Positions 20,284 to 31,991 of a stretch of DNA of 64,000 nt are shown here, piece after piece (position 1 is the stretch's first letter; every line of letters starts with the position of its first letter). Under the pieces are notes generated by a model. The model was not told where the DNA came from. It did not search any database and saw only the letters and a program-made list of their open reading frames with translations. The position numbers were made by a program, and so were the translations under genes. Origin of the DNA: Cyanidioschyzon merolae (lineage: Eukaryota); NCBI GenBank assembly GCA_000091205.1, contig AP006493.2; one strand, 5' to 3'.

Positions 20284-23200
20284 TCAGCGGCTGTGCGGGC
20301 GCCGCTGCGCATCCGGACCCGTCATCGACTCGTGGTACGCCTGCAACACGTGCTTGCCAAGTCCAGCGGGATCGCGTCGTAACAGGTCTTGAAAGGCAGC
20401 GGTTTCAATCACCTCCGCGAAATGGTGCGTGATGTACGCCAGGCAATACGCTTTGAGGCCGCCCATGCCGTCCTCACGTTGCGCGGCGATTTCCAAGACA
20501 AACGCAACATTTTCAGGACGTATGGCTCGTTCAACCAGCGCAACACAAAAATTCCGCAGCTCATCCAGACGCAGCATATCTGCCGTTCGCAAACATTCAA
20601 GCAGGAACCGACCATCACGCTCACTCGTCGATGCCACGGAAAGCATCGCACTAGCGTCCATCGCGTTATCGTGACAAGCGCGCCCACTAGCCCTGGCAGC
20701 GATGCGCGCATCGTGTACCGGCAACTCGCCCGTATACAAGTAGCGCAGCACTGCCTCAAATACCGGTGCCGATACATCCGGTAAATGGATCACGCGAGGC
20801 CATTCCCCGTGAAGCGACTCTCGTAGACCCGAGTGAAACATATCTGCAAAATACTCGGATCGAGCAGCCAGGATCACCCGGTGCGCGTAGAAAAGGCGGC
20901 ATCGTGAGGCGCGCTGCTGCCGCTGCCGCTGCTGCGTCGCCTCACGCGGGAACCCAGCGGCGCATTGCCCAGCGTTCATGGCGGCGGACACGTGGCGGGT
21001 GCGTGCGCTCGTCGCGCCTTGCACGCATGCATTGCTGGCGTCGATGCGATCGCATCGAGCGTCTACGGGCGACGCTGTGTGCGCTGTTGCCACAGCGGGC
21101 CCTGCGGGTTGATCCTCTTCGGGGAGCGCGTCCAGGGATTCGGGAACCTCGAAGATCACATCAGCAAGGGTCGGCTCGTGGAGTGCTTTTCCGAGCTCAG
21201 TGCAAAATCGACACGGTTGCAGGACGTCACCACGGTCGGTACCAAGACCATAAAATACGTACATATCTCCGAAGAAGCGATCTTTGGCTCTGTTTGTCCC
21301 GCCAAACAGATACATGGAACAGCGTAGCGGATCGCGGGGTGCCACCACAGCGGCGCTCGCCAGTTGCCTCGGATGCAGCTCGACGCGCACGCGCTCTGCC
21401 GAGGCCTGACCCAGAGACGCCTCCGTGAGCTCATCGAGTGCGATTCGCTGCCACATGTTCAGGTGAAAGTGGTATTTCCAAATATCTCGACTCAGGTCTG
21501 AGGAACGCAGCTCTGACGGGGTAGGTGACGTGTCTGCTGATACAGCGCTCGTCAATGCATGAGGCGGTAGCGAATGTTCGGGCCGCTCCGCAAGCACCGG
21601 CTGTGCGGCGCGCTGCGTGGCATCGAGGCGCACCTTGCCGCCGAAAACGTACATGGCACCGGCACCGGCGACCGCGCAGTGGCCGTGAACCGCCTGCGGT
21701 CCACCGCCGTGCATCAGCACCGGACAATGCCAGGACCAGGTGCATAAATTCAGCACAAAAAGATCAGAACATCCATAGTTGAGCTTGTTGCGATACTGAA
21801 AGCCCCCGAAAACATACATCGTATCGTCGTAGACAACTGCGGAATGCTTGCAGCGCCGATGTGGGTAATCGATCCCAGGGCGACCAGTTGCCATCGTCTC
21901 CTGTAGCGCACGTGGACAAAACCATTTGCCGGAACGCAGATCGCAGACAGCAGTGGTGTTGACCTTGCGACGTCCATCGTAACCACCAAAAACGATCATC
22001 AAATGGCCATAGGTCACTGCCGAGTGCTCAGCACGCCCCGAGGTCGGGCCACCTTCGGGCAATGGGATCATCTGTACAGAAGTGGCGTGCTCGGGGGTTG
22101 CGCTGAGCCCAGCACCTATCGACGGATGTGGAGCTCGGAAGCTTTCGCGCCGCCCTGACCTGGATTGGCCGCGTTCGACCGCCCTGAATCGTACTTCAGA
22201 TCCCCTGACATTGGACGTACCTGTTGTTGTTGTTGCAGCAGCTGCTGCTGTTGGAACGCGAGCTAATGAGATGGATGTCGCCGCGCCTAGTGCTGCGTCA
22301 GAGGCGGTCTCGGTCGCACGGTGCTCGGCATGCCCGACATTCTCCAACAGTGCGCCGGGTGCTCGCGCCCTGCCCTGGCACGATACCAGCACCCATCGTC
22401 GCTCTGAATGCAAATCGAAGCGCCAAAGATCTCCCAGCACATGATTCTCCGCATCAAAGCCTCCGTAAACGTACAGGGATCCATCGAAGCTCACCATGGT
22501 CGCATGGCGTCGTGGTGCCGGCTGCTCGTCAGCAGCATTGCTCATCAAGCGCCAAAGACGAGTTTCGCCATCAAGTTCTATTAGATCGCAAAAATGCACC
22601 GTATATCTTTTTTGTCCATCTGTTGTAACCCGATAGAGTCCTGGTGGAGGCAAGGTGTCTGGGTCTGGTGTTCCAGTCGCGCTCCGATGCCCGCCAAAGA
22701 TGTACACGCGGTTGTCAACCGAAGCCATAGCGTGGCCAGCCCGGCCCGCACTAAGATAACGAAGGTTCCCAGACACCGGAATCGACTGGAAGCGCATTCG
22801 GGTTGCGTATCTGCTTCCGGAGCCACTGGAATCCATCGAGTCCTTCCCGTTTTCGGCGCCGAACGTGTTTCCTTCACAGGTTCGGTCAACTGCGGTGCCC
22901 GCAGGTCCTTGCTGGGGCGCTGCCGCCGCGCGCTCGACCACCTGTCGGTGCTGCGGCTGGCTGCCAGCGGCGTCTGTGTGATCACCGACAGAAGCGGATC
23001 GCTGGACGTCCGCGTCTACTGACGCCAGCGGTACCGCACGCGGCTGTACGCGTCCCGGTGCCGCAAACGTCGGTTCCTCCGGGCACTCCGTCGTGTGTGT
23101 GCACCCGGCTGCGCTTTTTTCAGTTCGGTCTGGTGCGTCCAACGTTCCCACTGTTTGTGAAGAAAACCCGACGCCGACTCCGACGCCAATGTGCCGCGAG

Positions 23201-23571
23201 CGCTTCACCCAGCTCTCGGGAGAGTGCTCGCAGCCGCCAGCGTTCCAGGCCACGTTTCCGTGTCGTGACTCGTAAGCTACGGGATCATGGGACTGACCGA
23301 GGTTCAAACGGTTCAGTGTCCTCGCATCCGTCACTAGACACGACGACGCTCTTGAACTGGAGTCCTCAGAACCCGAAACGTTTCCCTCAGAGCTCCCGGC
23401 CGTCGACGGTGGTGATGGTGCGTTTGACCGGTGTGCGCCCTTAGCGCGCTGCATCCGTAGACTCGTACAACAAGTACACGTCACTCCAGGCGCCTTAGTT
23501 GCGCTCGGGCGTGTGAAGCCGATGTAAACGTGTGCAGGATCCAAGCAATCGACAGTGTCGTCCGCTTCCAA
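20284..23571 (-). CDS. Kelch-repeat + BTB/POZ domain protein (LZTR1-like architecture) with a long low-complexity N-terminus
   Basis: 1095-aa ORF. Repeated kelch signatures ('VYIFGGH', 'LYVYGGFD', 'MIVFGGYDG', 'MYVFGGF', 'MYVFGGK', 'MYLFGG') are followed by a BTB block ('LADVIFEVPE...CRLFYAHRVILAARSEYFADMFHSGLRES', 'FEAVLRYLYTGEL'). Ser/Gly/Ala-rich N-terminal region. Confidence 0.75.
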   Translation of the reverse strand: MEADDTVDCLDPAHVYIGFTRPSATKAPGVTCTCCTSLRMQRAKGAHRSNAPSPPSTAGSSEGNVSGSEDSSSRASSCLVTDARTLNRLNLGQSHDPVAYESRHGNVAWNAGGCEHSPESWVKRSRHIGVGVGVGFSSQTVGTLDAPDRTEKSAAGCTHTTECPEEPTFAAPGRVQPRAVPLASVDADVQRSASVGDHTDAAGSQPQHRQVVERAAAAPQQGPAGTAVDRTCEGNTFGAENGKDSMDSSGSGSRYATRMRFQSIPVSGNLRYLSAGRAGHAMASVDNRVYIFGGHRSATGTPDPDTLPPPGLYRVTTDGQKRYTVHFCDLIELDGETRLWRLMSNAADEQPAPRRHATMVSFDGSLYVYGGFDAENHVLGDLWRFDLHSERRWVLVSCQGRARAPGALLENVGHAEHRATETASDAALGAATSISLARVPTAAAAATTTTGTSNVRGSEVRFRAVERGQSRSGRRESFRAPHPSIGAGLSATPEHATSVQMIPLPEGGPTSGRAEHSAVTYGHLMIVFGGYDGRRKVNTTAVCDLRSGKWFCPRALQETMATGRPGIDYPHRRCKHSAVVYDDTMYVFGGFQYRNKLNYGCSDLFVLNLCTWSWHCPVLMHGGGPQAVHGHCAVAGAGAMYVFGGKVRLDATQRAAQPVLAERPEHSLPPHALTSAVSADTSPTPSELRSSDLSRDIWKYHFHLNMWQRIALDELTEASLGQASAERVRVELHPRQLASAAVVAPRDPLRCSMYLFGGTNRAKDRFFGDMYVFYGLGTDRGDVLQPCRFCTELGKALHEPTLADVIFEVPESLDALPEEDQPAGPAVATAHTASPVDARCDRIDASNACVQGATSARTRHVSAAMNAGQCAAGFPREATQQRQRQQRASRCRLFYAHRVILAARSEYFADMFHSGLRESLHGEWPRVIHLPDVSAPVFEAVLRYLYTGELPVHDARIAARASGRACHDNAMDASAMLSVASTSERDGRFLLECLRTADMLRLDELRNFCVALVERAIRPENVAFVLEIAAQREDGMGGLKAYCLAYITHHFAEVIETAAFQDLLRRDPAGLGKHVLQAYHESMTGPDAQRRPHSR

Positions 23572-24633
23572 AACGCGTTAGCAGTGCAGTTGCAGCGTCT
23601 ACGCAGTGCCGTTGCGTTCTTTTCGGTTTTCGACACGACGTTTCGATGCGCCATGGATTCCATCCTGCTGGACGGATACTGGTATTCGTGGAAGCGTTCA
23701 TCACCATGTTGCACTCTACTTCCAGGTTCCATGGACCGTAGTTCGTTTCGGAGGAACTGTTATCTTGTTGCTAGTTACTGGATAGTTTATGTTCGTTTTC
23801 CGCACCGTTGCAGCTAGTAAATGGTTTGTTTCTGGGCTTTTTTTTCTCGCGCAGCGAATCGATGCTATCGTATGCTTTTTAGGGACCAGTAGCGTCGCTG
23901 ATGCTGGTGGCAACCCATATCCATCGATCGATAAGGTTGTACACGTCTCAGACAAGAATGGAACGGGTGCACTTGGGTAACTCGGGTGTACAGACTCCAG
24001 TTTGGGCTCTCTTTGCTCTGTCATAGACAGAAGCTTATGCAGGACGTTGCTTCTCCGGTATCCTCGTCTTCAAATACGACGGTATCTGGGGTGCCTTCAG
24101 GTCCCTTGTCAGCAGTGGACAGGTACGAACGATGGCAGCGATACCCAAGTGCCGATTGCTCTGCTTCCGGTGCTTATCGACGACGCATTCAATGGACCGG
24201 CAAAAGATGCGACCCGTGCTGCACTTGCCGTTCCCCATGTCCTATGCATCAAGCCTTGACGTACCGTTCGCAGTGCCGGCACTTGACTGCTTGCAGGGAT
24301 TTTCATGCGTCTAGTACATGTCTCATTCTCCGCCGAGGCCTACCCTGCGGTGCTCCAAGCCTGGCTACAGAGCGCTCCACTCGATACCCGCGTTCGATTT
24401 TCGCACCCAGTGCAGTGTCCTAGGAGCACGCGCTTCTTCCAGGCGATTCTCTCAGCGAGTACGCGATCCGCTGCATACGCAAGCGCATACTCTGGTAATC
24501 GATCGGGGGTTTGCGGACTCCGATGCCGTCCCTGATGACGAAACGATCACAGCAGCGAAAACAATGCAGCAAGTTGAGAAGTATCGATGCATCGAGGCTC
24601 CCGCAGTGCAACGCGGTGACGTACGCTCCACTC

Positions 24634-25271
24634 GAAGCGATTGCTCCAACGACGCTCGTTCGAGTCCGGGTCCCTCGTCGATGCAAACCGCAGAGACTGG
24701 AGTCTCCCGGTGCGTATACCGATCGATGTATCTCGCTGTTGCGGAATGCCGTCTCGTTAACCGTCACGAAGCACAGAGGATTCGTCTTTCAAACGGGACC
24801 GATGATTGTTCGTGACAAGTCCGGTACACTTTGGGGCAGGCGCTTGCGGCCAGGTTACCAAACGACGTCGTCGATACAGGTCTTCATGGTCAGTCCAGCG
24901 GCGCGACTGGTATTGAAACAGATACATCCATGAACGATAATGTGTGATGCTCATTTGCAACACGTCAGGAACTGAGAAGCATTGGAGGCTGCAACGTAAG
25001 CACCGGGCAGTGGTATCGGGTATTCCAGGATCACGCTTGGTGGCGGGCGTTGTAACTCATCGTGATTCCAGTGTCGTACCGAATACTTGCGACAAAGCAT
25101 CGCAGGTCCCGGTCCTGAACCAAGACCCAGAATCCTGAAACGAGGTATGCATCCGGCATTGCATATGATTTCTCCTCGAGTGTCGAGACTGAGCATCCGA
25201 GAAAACGGCTGGTAAGATTTGAAGCCAGAATCACAGCGAGCATTCCAGAGCTTCACTCTAATCTGAGACGC
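24634..25271. repeat. Copy B of the direct repeat of at least 638 bp (partner of 1-638)
   Basis: See copy A. Same orientation, about 98% identity, identical right boundary, 24.6 kb apart. Confidence 0.9.
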
Positions 25272-27880
25272 TTGCGGGTGCTATTCGCAGGCCGCGGCAC
25301 ACGGCGTCAGCAAGTCGACACACAAGTGACGCACGCATGTGTGCGACCTAGAGCTGACTGCCCCACTAGCAAAGAAATGTCGTCTTGTCTCCGCGTTGTG
25401 ATCGCAGGGGCGCATGTAGCTTCGCAACAAGCGCTCGCAGTCGCCGCCGCACGCTGCTTGTGCCAGGATCGATAGCGCACCCATATTTCTGGTGCGGGAT
25501 CTATGCTGGAGCTCTTGAACCGCAGGTGCTTCCAGACGACGACAGCCTTGTCTTCGCTTGTTGCCGAGAATGAAGGCATCGAAAGAAAACTCGGACCCGG
25601 TTCATCTTTTCATACCATGAAGCATCGGAGCCGGCGCTATCGTTGTCGATGTAGCATGGAAGCAGCAGTAACCGCTCGGTGCCTCCGCTCGAGTCAATCT
25701 TCGGCCAGAGGTCTCCGAGCAGGACAACGATCACGGGGGAACCTGTGGATGAGCTGGCGCAGATCCAACTGGAACAATCGTGTTTTATGTCCGCATCACC
25801 CTGTGGATCTGGATGCGCGAACAGCAGCTTACAATCCGCGAGCCTACATTTCGAAAAGAGGTCGAAGAGGTAGCTAGATTGTAACCTGACCGCATGTTCG
25901 TCGACTTGAATCTGCCGATCAAAGGGGTATTCGCTGGTGTTTGGGCAACATTTGCGTGGATACCCGATAGAAAGTCCTGCGTCCATAAATGTTGCATGCC
26001 TCGGGACGCAAATGCCTCCGCATCGCATAGCGTAGTCCACGACAGCCTCGAATCGCACGGCCTGGCTGGTTCTCCCGTATGCAGAACGCAGGCTCTGGAA
26101 TTCGTTTTCGGGACTGCGTCGACACACGCTGCAAGACGGGCTTCCTAGAGGTGCTCCTGAGGGTTTTCGGCAGCCGCTCCACGGGCTCCTGCATCTACAC
26201 CGGAGAATTTATCGTAGTACCAGCTTGCCGATTAGACACTGCTGATCGTGGTGTTCTTCGCCATGACGACGCACGCCGTTTCCGAAGCTCTGCATCACTC
26301 GCAACTTGGAATGTGCATGGATCGAATGCGACGCCTGCGGAGGAACGGGGCTTCTCACGAGAACCGCGCCTCTGCAAGCGCACGCTTCGGGCGTTATGCT
26401 GTGATCCACACAGTTCTCTGCAGCGACAGCACCTGAAAGCAATGCGCCTCGCTCCGGCGAGCGCGCTCCAGTGGTTGCATGGGATGAACGCCACTCCGAA
26501 CAGTCGTGGGCAGAAGCGATCTCCTCAAAGCTTCCGGATGCTGACGGAATTCAGGGTACAATGTCGATAAAACGAACATGGGAACCATGTGCATAGAAAC
26601 GGTGATACAAGACATCTGTTCGGAGCGTCTGGATGCTGGTACCATGGAAGCTGCATCGTCGCTGAAGGAATCCGCGTGTCTCTGAGCACAGAAACGAATA
26701 GCAAGCCTTCTGGGAAACGAAAGCGCATGCCGCGCTGCCAGCAGCGCGCGATTCCGAGAAGCTGGCCATAAATGGACTAAAAAGATTCTAATTCTACAAG
26801 CTTTCCGCGACGTAGCCCCCGGTTGCCGCAAACGTGCGCGCTGAAGTCGCTCTTGCGTTTGCGTTTCTCATGGTGTATCGAGAGCTTCAAGCTTCGATAT
26901 TTTGGTAGTTTCTGTTCTTTCTACCGTAACAGGTAGAAGCAGCTCATGGGATATTTTATATTCCAGGGAGCCTGCATCTCTTAACTAATTTTTCGTTCTC
27001 TTTTCCCTCGACCTCGAGTCTCACTGTTGTCCACGCGAGCGTCGTTGTTACAGGGTGCCAGTCCAGCACTGTTCGCGAAATCGCCTACAGATCGCAAACC
27101 CGGTGTCCGCTGCGGTTTCCTCGGGTTTTCGTTTTCGTCCGGGGTGACGGGTTTCACGGTTAGCCACAGTCAAAGTCCCGGGTGCGGTGGCAGTTGCTAT
27201 TCGCAACGATGGCTTCTCGGAAGAGTCGACCGCTCCCGGCACACGGACTCGAAGTCGGACGTGCGCTGCTTCTAAACCTGCGCGCGACTTGACAAGGCCT
27301 CAGTTCTGTCTCCTTCCAAGTTAAGCGTCCTGAGCACTAGTCCAAGAAACTTGTCCGCTAGACTAGGGTACAAGCTGCTCATCGCGACTGGGCGAAGCAG
27401 ACACCTCTGAAGGTGTCCGAGTGCTTCGCGTTTGACGCACACGTTTCCGACGGTCACCTGGCCTGCGCAGCTGTTCAAATGTAGTAGAAGGCCTAGAGAG
27501 CATCGCGCTGGAGAAGCCGCAGTGTGGAACCGTGCCCGGGAGCAGGCTTCCTGGCTATCGCTGGCAGTCCAGCGTCGTTCGCGTCGGGTACGGCGCCTCA
27601 GTACTTTAAGAGCGGGCTATTCGCATCAATAAGCTTCCGCCCAGGAGGCAGTTTTGCTCGTCACCATCACTCTAAGCGGAAAAGTTTGATCAGTGTTCTT
27701 CAATGCCGGCATAAGAAAAGCCTTCGCTTGACGCCTGTCCAATGGTTTGCTGGCGGGGGCCACGGCACGAGCGCTCCTCAATAGCATGGACTTGCTGCCT
27801 TCGTTTCTTTCTACGAATTAGTTTTCATGAACCGAAACGGATTTCCCCGGAAACGCGACGGCTGCTGGTGAATAGCGGCG

Positions 27881-27897
27881 CCGCCCCCCCCCCCCCC
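27881..27897. repeat. Homopolymer tract: 14 consecutive C (ccg + C14)
   Basis: 'gcgccgcccccccccccccccagt', read directly from the sequence, in a gene-poor stretch. Confidence 0.95.
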
Positions 27898-29679
27898 AGT
27901 TATCTGGATGCAGCTCTATGGTTGCACCAGACTCTGACTGTTGGCTCCTGAGCCTCAGAGACGTGATTCATGAACACAGCAGCTGTCAGGGTACCGCGCT
28001 CGTTGCGCCTCTATAGTTGCCATGCGGAGACGTAGCGGCTTTTCGTATTCATTGTGGGCGTGAGCCCGATGCAATCAATAGCGGAGTTCCCTGCAACACG
28101 CTCACGGACTGCATCAATACTCGCAAAGACCAACTTGAAGATGAGGATCATGAACGCTTTCAAATCGTTTCTAGGTCGATCACGAGGTGCTGTTGACGAT
28201 ACATCAGGCTCGCAGGAACGCCTGGGTGTACCGGAATGTCGCGGGCTCCGATGCTTCTGCGAGTCAAAGCGGACGCGGTGCACCTCTGACACCGCTCACT
28301 GCTTGTCCGCGTGACGTACCGTTGGCGACTCGTGTGCTATGTATTTCAAGTCGTTCACAGGTTTGCGGGTATGCGCGTGTGCAGACGGCGGATCCTCAAG
28401 CATGCGGCACCGCTTGAGCTCCCGTCCAAAGACTTAAACTACATCAAGTGTCCGACTCGTGGCAAACTCCCACTGCACTACGCGCGTATGCGCCGATCCG
28501 CGGCACCCCCAGCACGTGGCTGACATTCTGCAATGGATGACGTGCCTTGATTGCGTGTAAAGTTGCGCTATAGGATCTGGGATCCTCACTCTGTCAGGAA
28601 TATGGAGGGCAACGCAGTAGATACACGATGAATTTCAACGGACCGCGGGTAGCGAGCACCAATTTGATGGGGTGTTCTGTCCGACGCTTTCGGGGTTTGT
28701 GGAACGTGGCCGGCGCGTCCGTCTCCCATTCGCTGGATAGCGAGCGTCGCTGTATTCATGGACGCTGGCGTTGGACGCACCACGCGCCTTTACGTATTCG
28801 TGTCTCGCTCCCGATGATGGTGCCTGCGGCTTGCGTAAACAGACGCACGCCATCACAGAGTGTGTTAGACCAAAAGCCGCGGTAGCTTTGGTGCGGGTCT
28901 TGGAATCGCTCGACTCGTTCTTCTAAGAATACGAATCGAATCGCATTTCATTTCCCGGGGATGGGCGTTTATATGGATGGTACAGGTCTCACAATGCACC
29001 CATGCAAAGAAGTTGTAAAATTGGAAACATTCAATTGCGACAAGAGTCTACAGAAAACTCGCAACGCGAAAAGCGGCGAAACTTTTGGAGATTCTTGCAT
29101 CTACCATCCATGGCATCCGTTGCCATGGTCGCTGGCACCACCTCTGCGGAAGCTAACGCCCTGTATCGTCGAGCTAGAACCGCAGGGCGGCGTCAATGCA
29201 AACTTGTTCAGGGCGCTACTGGATTCTATCTTCCGGGCGCAAGGTGCGGCTTCTGGCGCTGACCACGGCACAAGCTGATCAGATGACGCTGCAGAGTCCT
29301 CGCGCCAAAATTTGCAAGTCGCACAGCTCTATAGCGATACCCGAGAAGCCACAAATACAATCAAAGATAGAATTCCAAACCACGGGTCGTATACCTTTTC
29401 ACGAAACCTGCAGCAAGCGCGCACACACGCTTCGACATGCGGATTCCGAATGCACTGGGTCGCACCTCTAAACACGCTGCGGCTGCAGCGTGCGAGTCGA
29501 GTGCGCATACACGTGCCTCGAAGGCGTAGGGCTTCCCACCAAAAACCCAGTAGGCGTGCTTAGCTGCCGTGAGCGTCGGCACCGCTGCTCATGGTGGTGT
29601 ACAGGCCGCCGCACCTATAGGTCCCGCACGCACGTTTCTACGGCAACCTAGGCGCGGGCGAATAAACGCATCAGTACGC

Positions 29680-30687
29680 TCACAGAAACTTGTCCCGTGC
29701 CGTCGGTGAGTAGACTCCCCCAGGTGCTGGTCTCGAGAGCGAGGTCTCTCGAAATTTCCCACGCTGACGTTTCCAATACGAAGGGCTCAAAAACGCGAGC
29801 GTCCACCAGAACTGCAAGGCCACCACTACGACAAAGGAGACCTTGGTGGACCAGGCGGCAGCTGGATGCGGGAGCACCTTATAAAATAGGATATAGGGGT
29901 ACCAAACGATGCGTATGCCGAGCCAGCTGGCATAAAAAAGAACCTCAAACACCCAACCGCCTCGAATGTTTCGGCGCAGTAGGAGAAACAGCGTATTCAA
30001 TTCAACAATAAGGATATCCGCGGTTATGGCGGTAAAAGCTAGCGCCAAGGACGCCAGATCCCCGATCTCGAAGCAGCGCGTGGTCACGCGTCGACACTCT
30101 CCAACAAGGTTGGCCAGTCGCAGAAGAGCCGTTGTCGGCTGCATGAGCAACACCATCGCCACAAGGTGATGCACCAGAATGGCCCACGGTTGTTTCACGA
30201 TGTAGGGCGCAAACAGAATCCACATTGTGTCGCTCAAAAAGTACAAGTCAGCGTAGACCACGAGCGTTGCATGCACCCACACACGGTCCGTAATCATGCT
30301 CGCAACAGATAACAGGAAAAGCATGGGGATTTGTGCCATGTTCACATAGTCGTGGATGCGCGCACCCAGCCCAGGCCGCCACACCTCTCGGGTCGCTATT
30401 CGATCCCCGGAGCCAGGTTCGGACGTAGCGTCGGCCCCGTCAGAAGTGATGCCTCTCAACCCCACCATACGAACATTCTCACTGTTCCTGGACTTGTCCA
30501 TGGTTCGCACGCTGTCTCCGGTATACAACGGAGACCTGCGCGTACGCCTCTTCGGTGCTTTTATCGCTGCCGTGCGGAGCGCGCGCATCCGGGCTGCGCC
30601 TGTGGCACCGCAGCGGCGCACGCGCCACGTAAGCGAAGCGAAGCGTTGCGATGCGTCGCTTGCGCAGGCGGAGGCACGCGCATCCAA
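29680..30687 (-). CDS. Multi-pass membrane protein (at least 5 predicted TM helices), possibly a TLC (TRAM/LAG1/CLN8)-like domain protein; function unknown
   Basis: 335-aa ORF. Hydrophobic segments 'IPMLFLLSVASMI', 'VWVHATLVVYADLYFL', 'PWAILVHHLVAMVLLM' (conserved HH inside a TM helix, as in TLC domains), 'LASLALAFTAITADILIVELNTLFLLL', 'WVFEVLFYASWLGIRIVWYPYILFY', 'VSFVVVVALQFWWTLAFL'. The true start is probably an internal Met (MDKSRN... or MAQIPM...). Confidence 0.45.
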   Translation of the reverse strand: MDARASACASDASQRFASLTWRVRRCGATGAARMRALRTAAIKAPKRRTRRSPLYTGDSVRTMDKSRNSENVRMVGLRGITSDGADATSEPGSGDRIATREVWRPGLGARIHDYVNMAQIPMLFLLSVASMITDRVWVHATLVVYADLYFLSDTMWILFAPYIVKQPWAILVHHLVAMVLLMQPTTALLRLANLVGECRRVTTRCFEIGDLASLALAFTAITADILIVELNTLFLLLRRNIRGGWVFEVLFYASWLGIRIVWYPYILFYKVLPHPAAAWSTKVSFVVVVALQFWWTLAFLSPSYWKRQRGKFRETSLSRPAPGGVYSPTARDKFL

Positions 30688-30964
30688 CGTCCATGCGCGT
30701 ATGAATGAATCATCTTAGAACAAAAAGGGATCTATCTGATCGTTTGCGCCTCAACGCCGAAACGGCGTATGCGGGGATGGGCGCTCGCCCCGCAAGACGA
30801 CGGCCGGCATTGGATAGCGCCAGTGTTCTTGCGTTGGCGGCCCTGTCGTTTACCATTCGGCAAGCAGCTGTAGTGTGTCAGCGGTTTGGGCGGACAACGC
30901 GTCTGGTGTCGCCTGTTGGTAGAGATCTCTGTTGTGCGAACAACTTCTGTTAGCACTGTTTTGC

Positions 30965-30983
30965 GTGTGTGTGTGAGTGTGAG
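30965..30983. repeat. (GT)n dinucleotide microsatellite
   Basis: 'gtgtgtgtgtgagtgtgag', upstream of the thioredoxin-domain gene. Confidence 0.8.
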
Positions 30984-31154
30984 GCAGCCTGGTCGCGAAA
31001 CACTGGTACGGGCTCTAGCCACGAGCAGCATCGCCGTCCTGAGTAGTCGACAGCGCTCAGGTGTTTTACCTGATAGATTCGGCGCGCTCTGGTTTCAGGA
31101 AAAGTTGCATCCGAGCCAGACAAAATCAATCCTGGAGCGTGGTGTTCGACAACG

Positions 31155-31991
31155 ATGCGAGTTTCCGTGAGCGATCCGAAGGTGTTTCGAGGTCAGGGCT
31201 TGTCGAGTTCGTTACGGCCAGTGTACCGCAAGTCGTGCGCATTGTGGATCAAGTTTGCGGGCATTTTTCTTGCACTGAGCCTGTTTAGCGAATGCTCAAA
31301 CCTAGCGCTCGTCCTCGGCACCGATCATGAGCTGTCCAGGAACGACACGCTTCTGGAGCTCACCAGATACAGCTTTGATCGAAAAGTGAAAGAGTTGCTT
31401 TCAGACCACCCTGCAATGTTGTTACAGGTGTACGCGCCATGGTGTGGGCACTGTCGTCGCTTTGAACCTACTTTGCGCAGAATTTCACAGCAGTTAGCAG
31501 GGGGTTGCCGGGACCCGCCCACACACCCGTGTATCCCGGTCGCCAGAATCGACGGAGATCGCGAAATGGTCCTTGCGCTGCGCCTGGGGGTCTGGGGATT
31601 TCCCTCGTTTTACGGGCTCAGGGCGAATCCGGATAATCCGAATCGACCAGTCGTTCTGTTCTACAATGGCTCACATGATCAGGATGCACTCGTGGCTTTT
31701 GTGGATAGAGTAGCCAAACAGGTGCCCATTGACGCTATACCAGACGCGGTGCGTCTGGATGGGTGGCGTCATCCGTTTGGCGCCATCCTACGGCTGGCCT
31801 CTGCGGGTGTTTTGGCGCCGTATCAGGCGGCAGCGGGGCTCTCCTCACTGATGACGCGTTGGCAGTTCTGGGCTGTATTTGCGGTCGCTCTAACAGGTAG
31901 CCTGCTTTACTGGCGTCGTCGGCGACCATGGATGCCGCGACAATACACGCGGACAGCCACCATGAACGGACACGTGAAAAAACCCCAATGA
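31155..31991 (+). CDS. Thioredoxin-domain transmembrane protein (TMX/PDI-like, CGHC active site)
   Basis: 278-aa ORF. N-terminal hydrophobic signal/anchor 'FAGIFLALSLFSECSNLALVLG'. Thioredoxin active site 'VYAPWCGHCRRFEPTL'. C-terminal TM 'WQFWAVFAVALTGSLLYW' followed by a basic tail 'RRRRPW'. Confidence 0.7.
   Translation: MRVSVSDPKVFRGQGLSSSLRPVYRKSCALWIKFAGIFLALSLFSECSNLALVLGTDHELSRNDTLLELTRYSFDRKVKELLSDHPAMLLQVYAPWCGHCRRFEPTLRRISQQLAGGCRDPPTHPCIPVARIDGDREMVLALRLGVWGFPSFYGLRANPDNPNRPVVLFYNGSHDQDALVAFVDRVAKQVPIDAIPDAVRLDGWRHPFGAILRLASAGVLAPYQAAAGLSSLMTRWQFWAVFAVALTGSLLYWRRRRPWMPRQYTRTATMNGHVKKPQ

Noticed and set aside
1-25271. Interpretation of the two 638-bp direct repeats as LTRs of an LTR retrotransposon
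   Set aside because: The 24 kb between them encodes ordinary cellular genes (shikimate enzyme, ribosomal proteins, kelch-BTB) and not gag/pol/integrase. The right end does not show the TG...CA terminus. More consistent with dispersed repeat copies or a segmental duplication.
25501-26127. 208-aa minus-strand ORF in the gene-poor stretch right of repeat copy B
   Set aside because: No recognisable domain, overlapped by other frames, located in a region lacking other coding signals. Kept only as part of the gene-poor-region finding.
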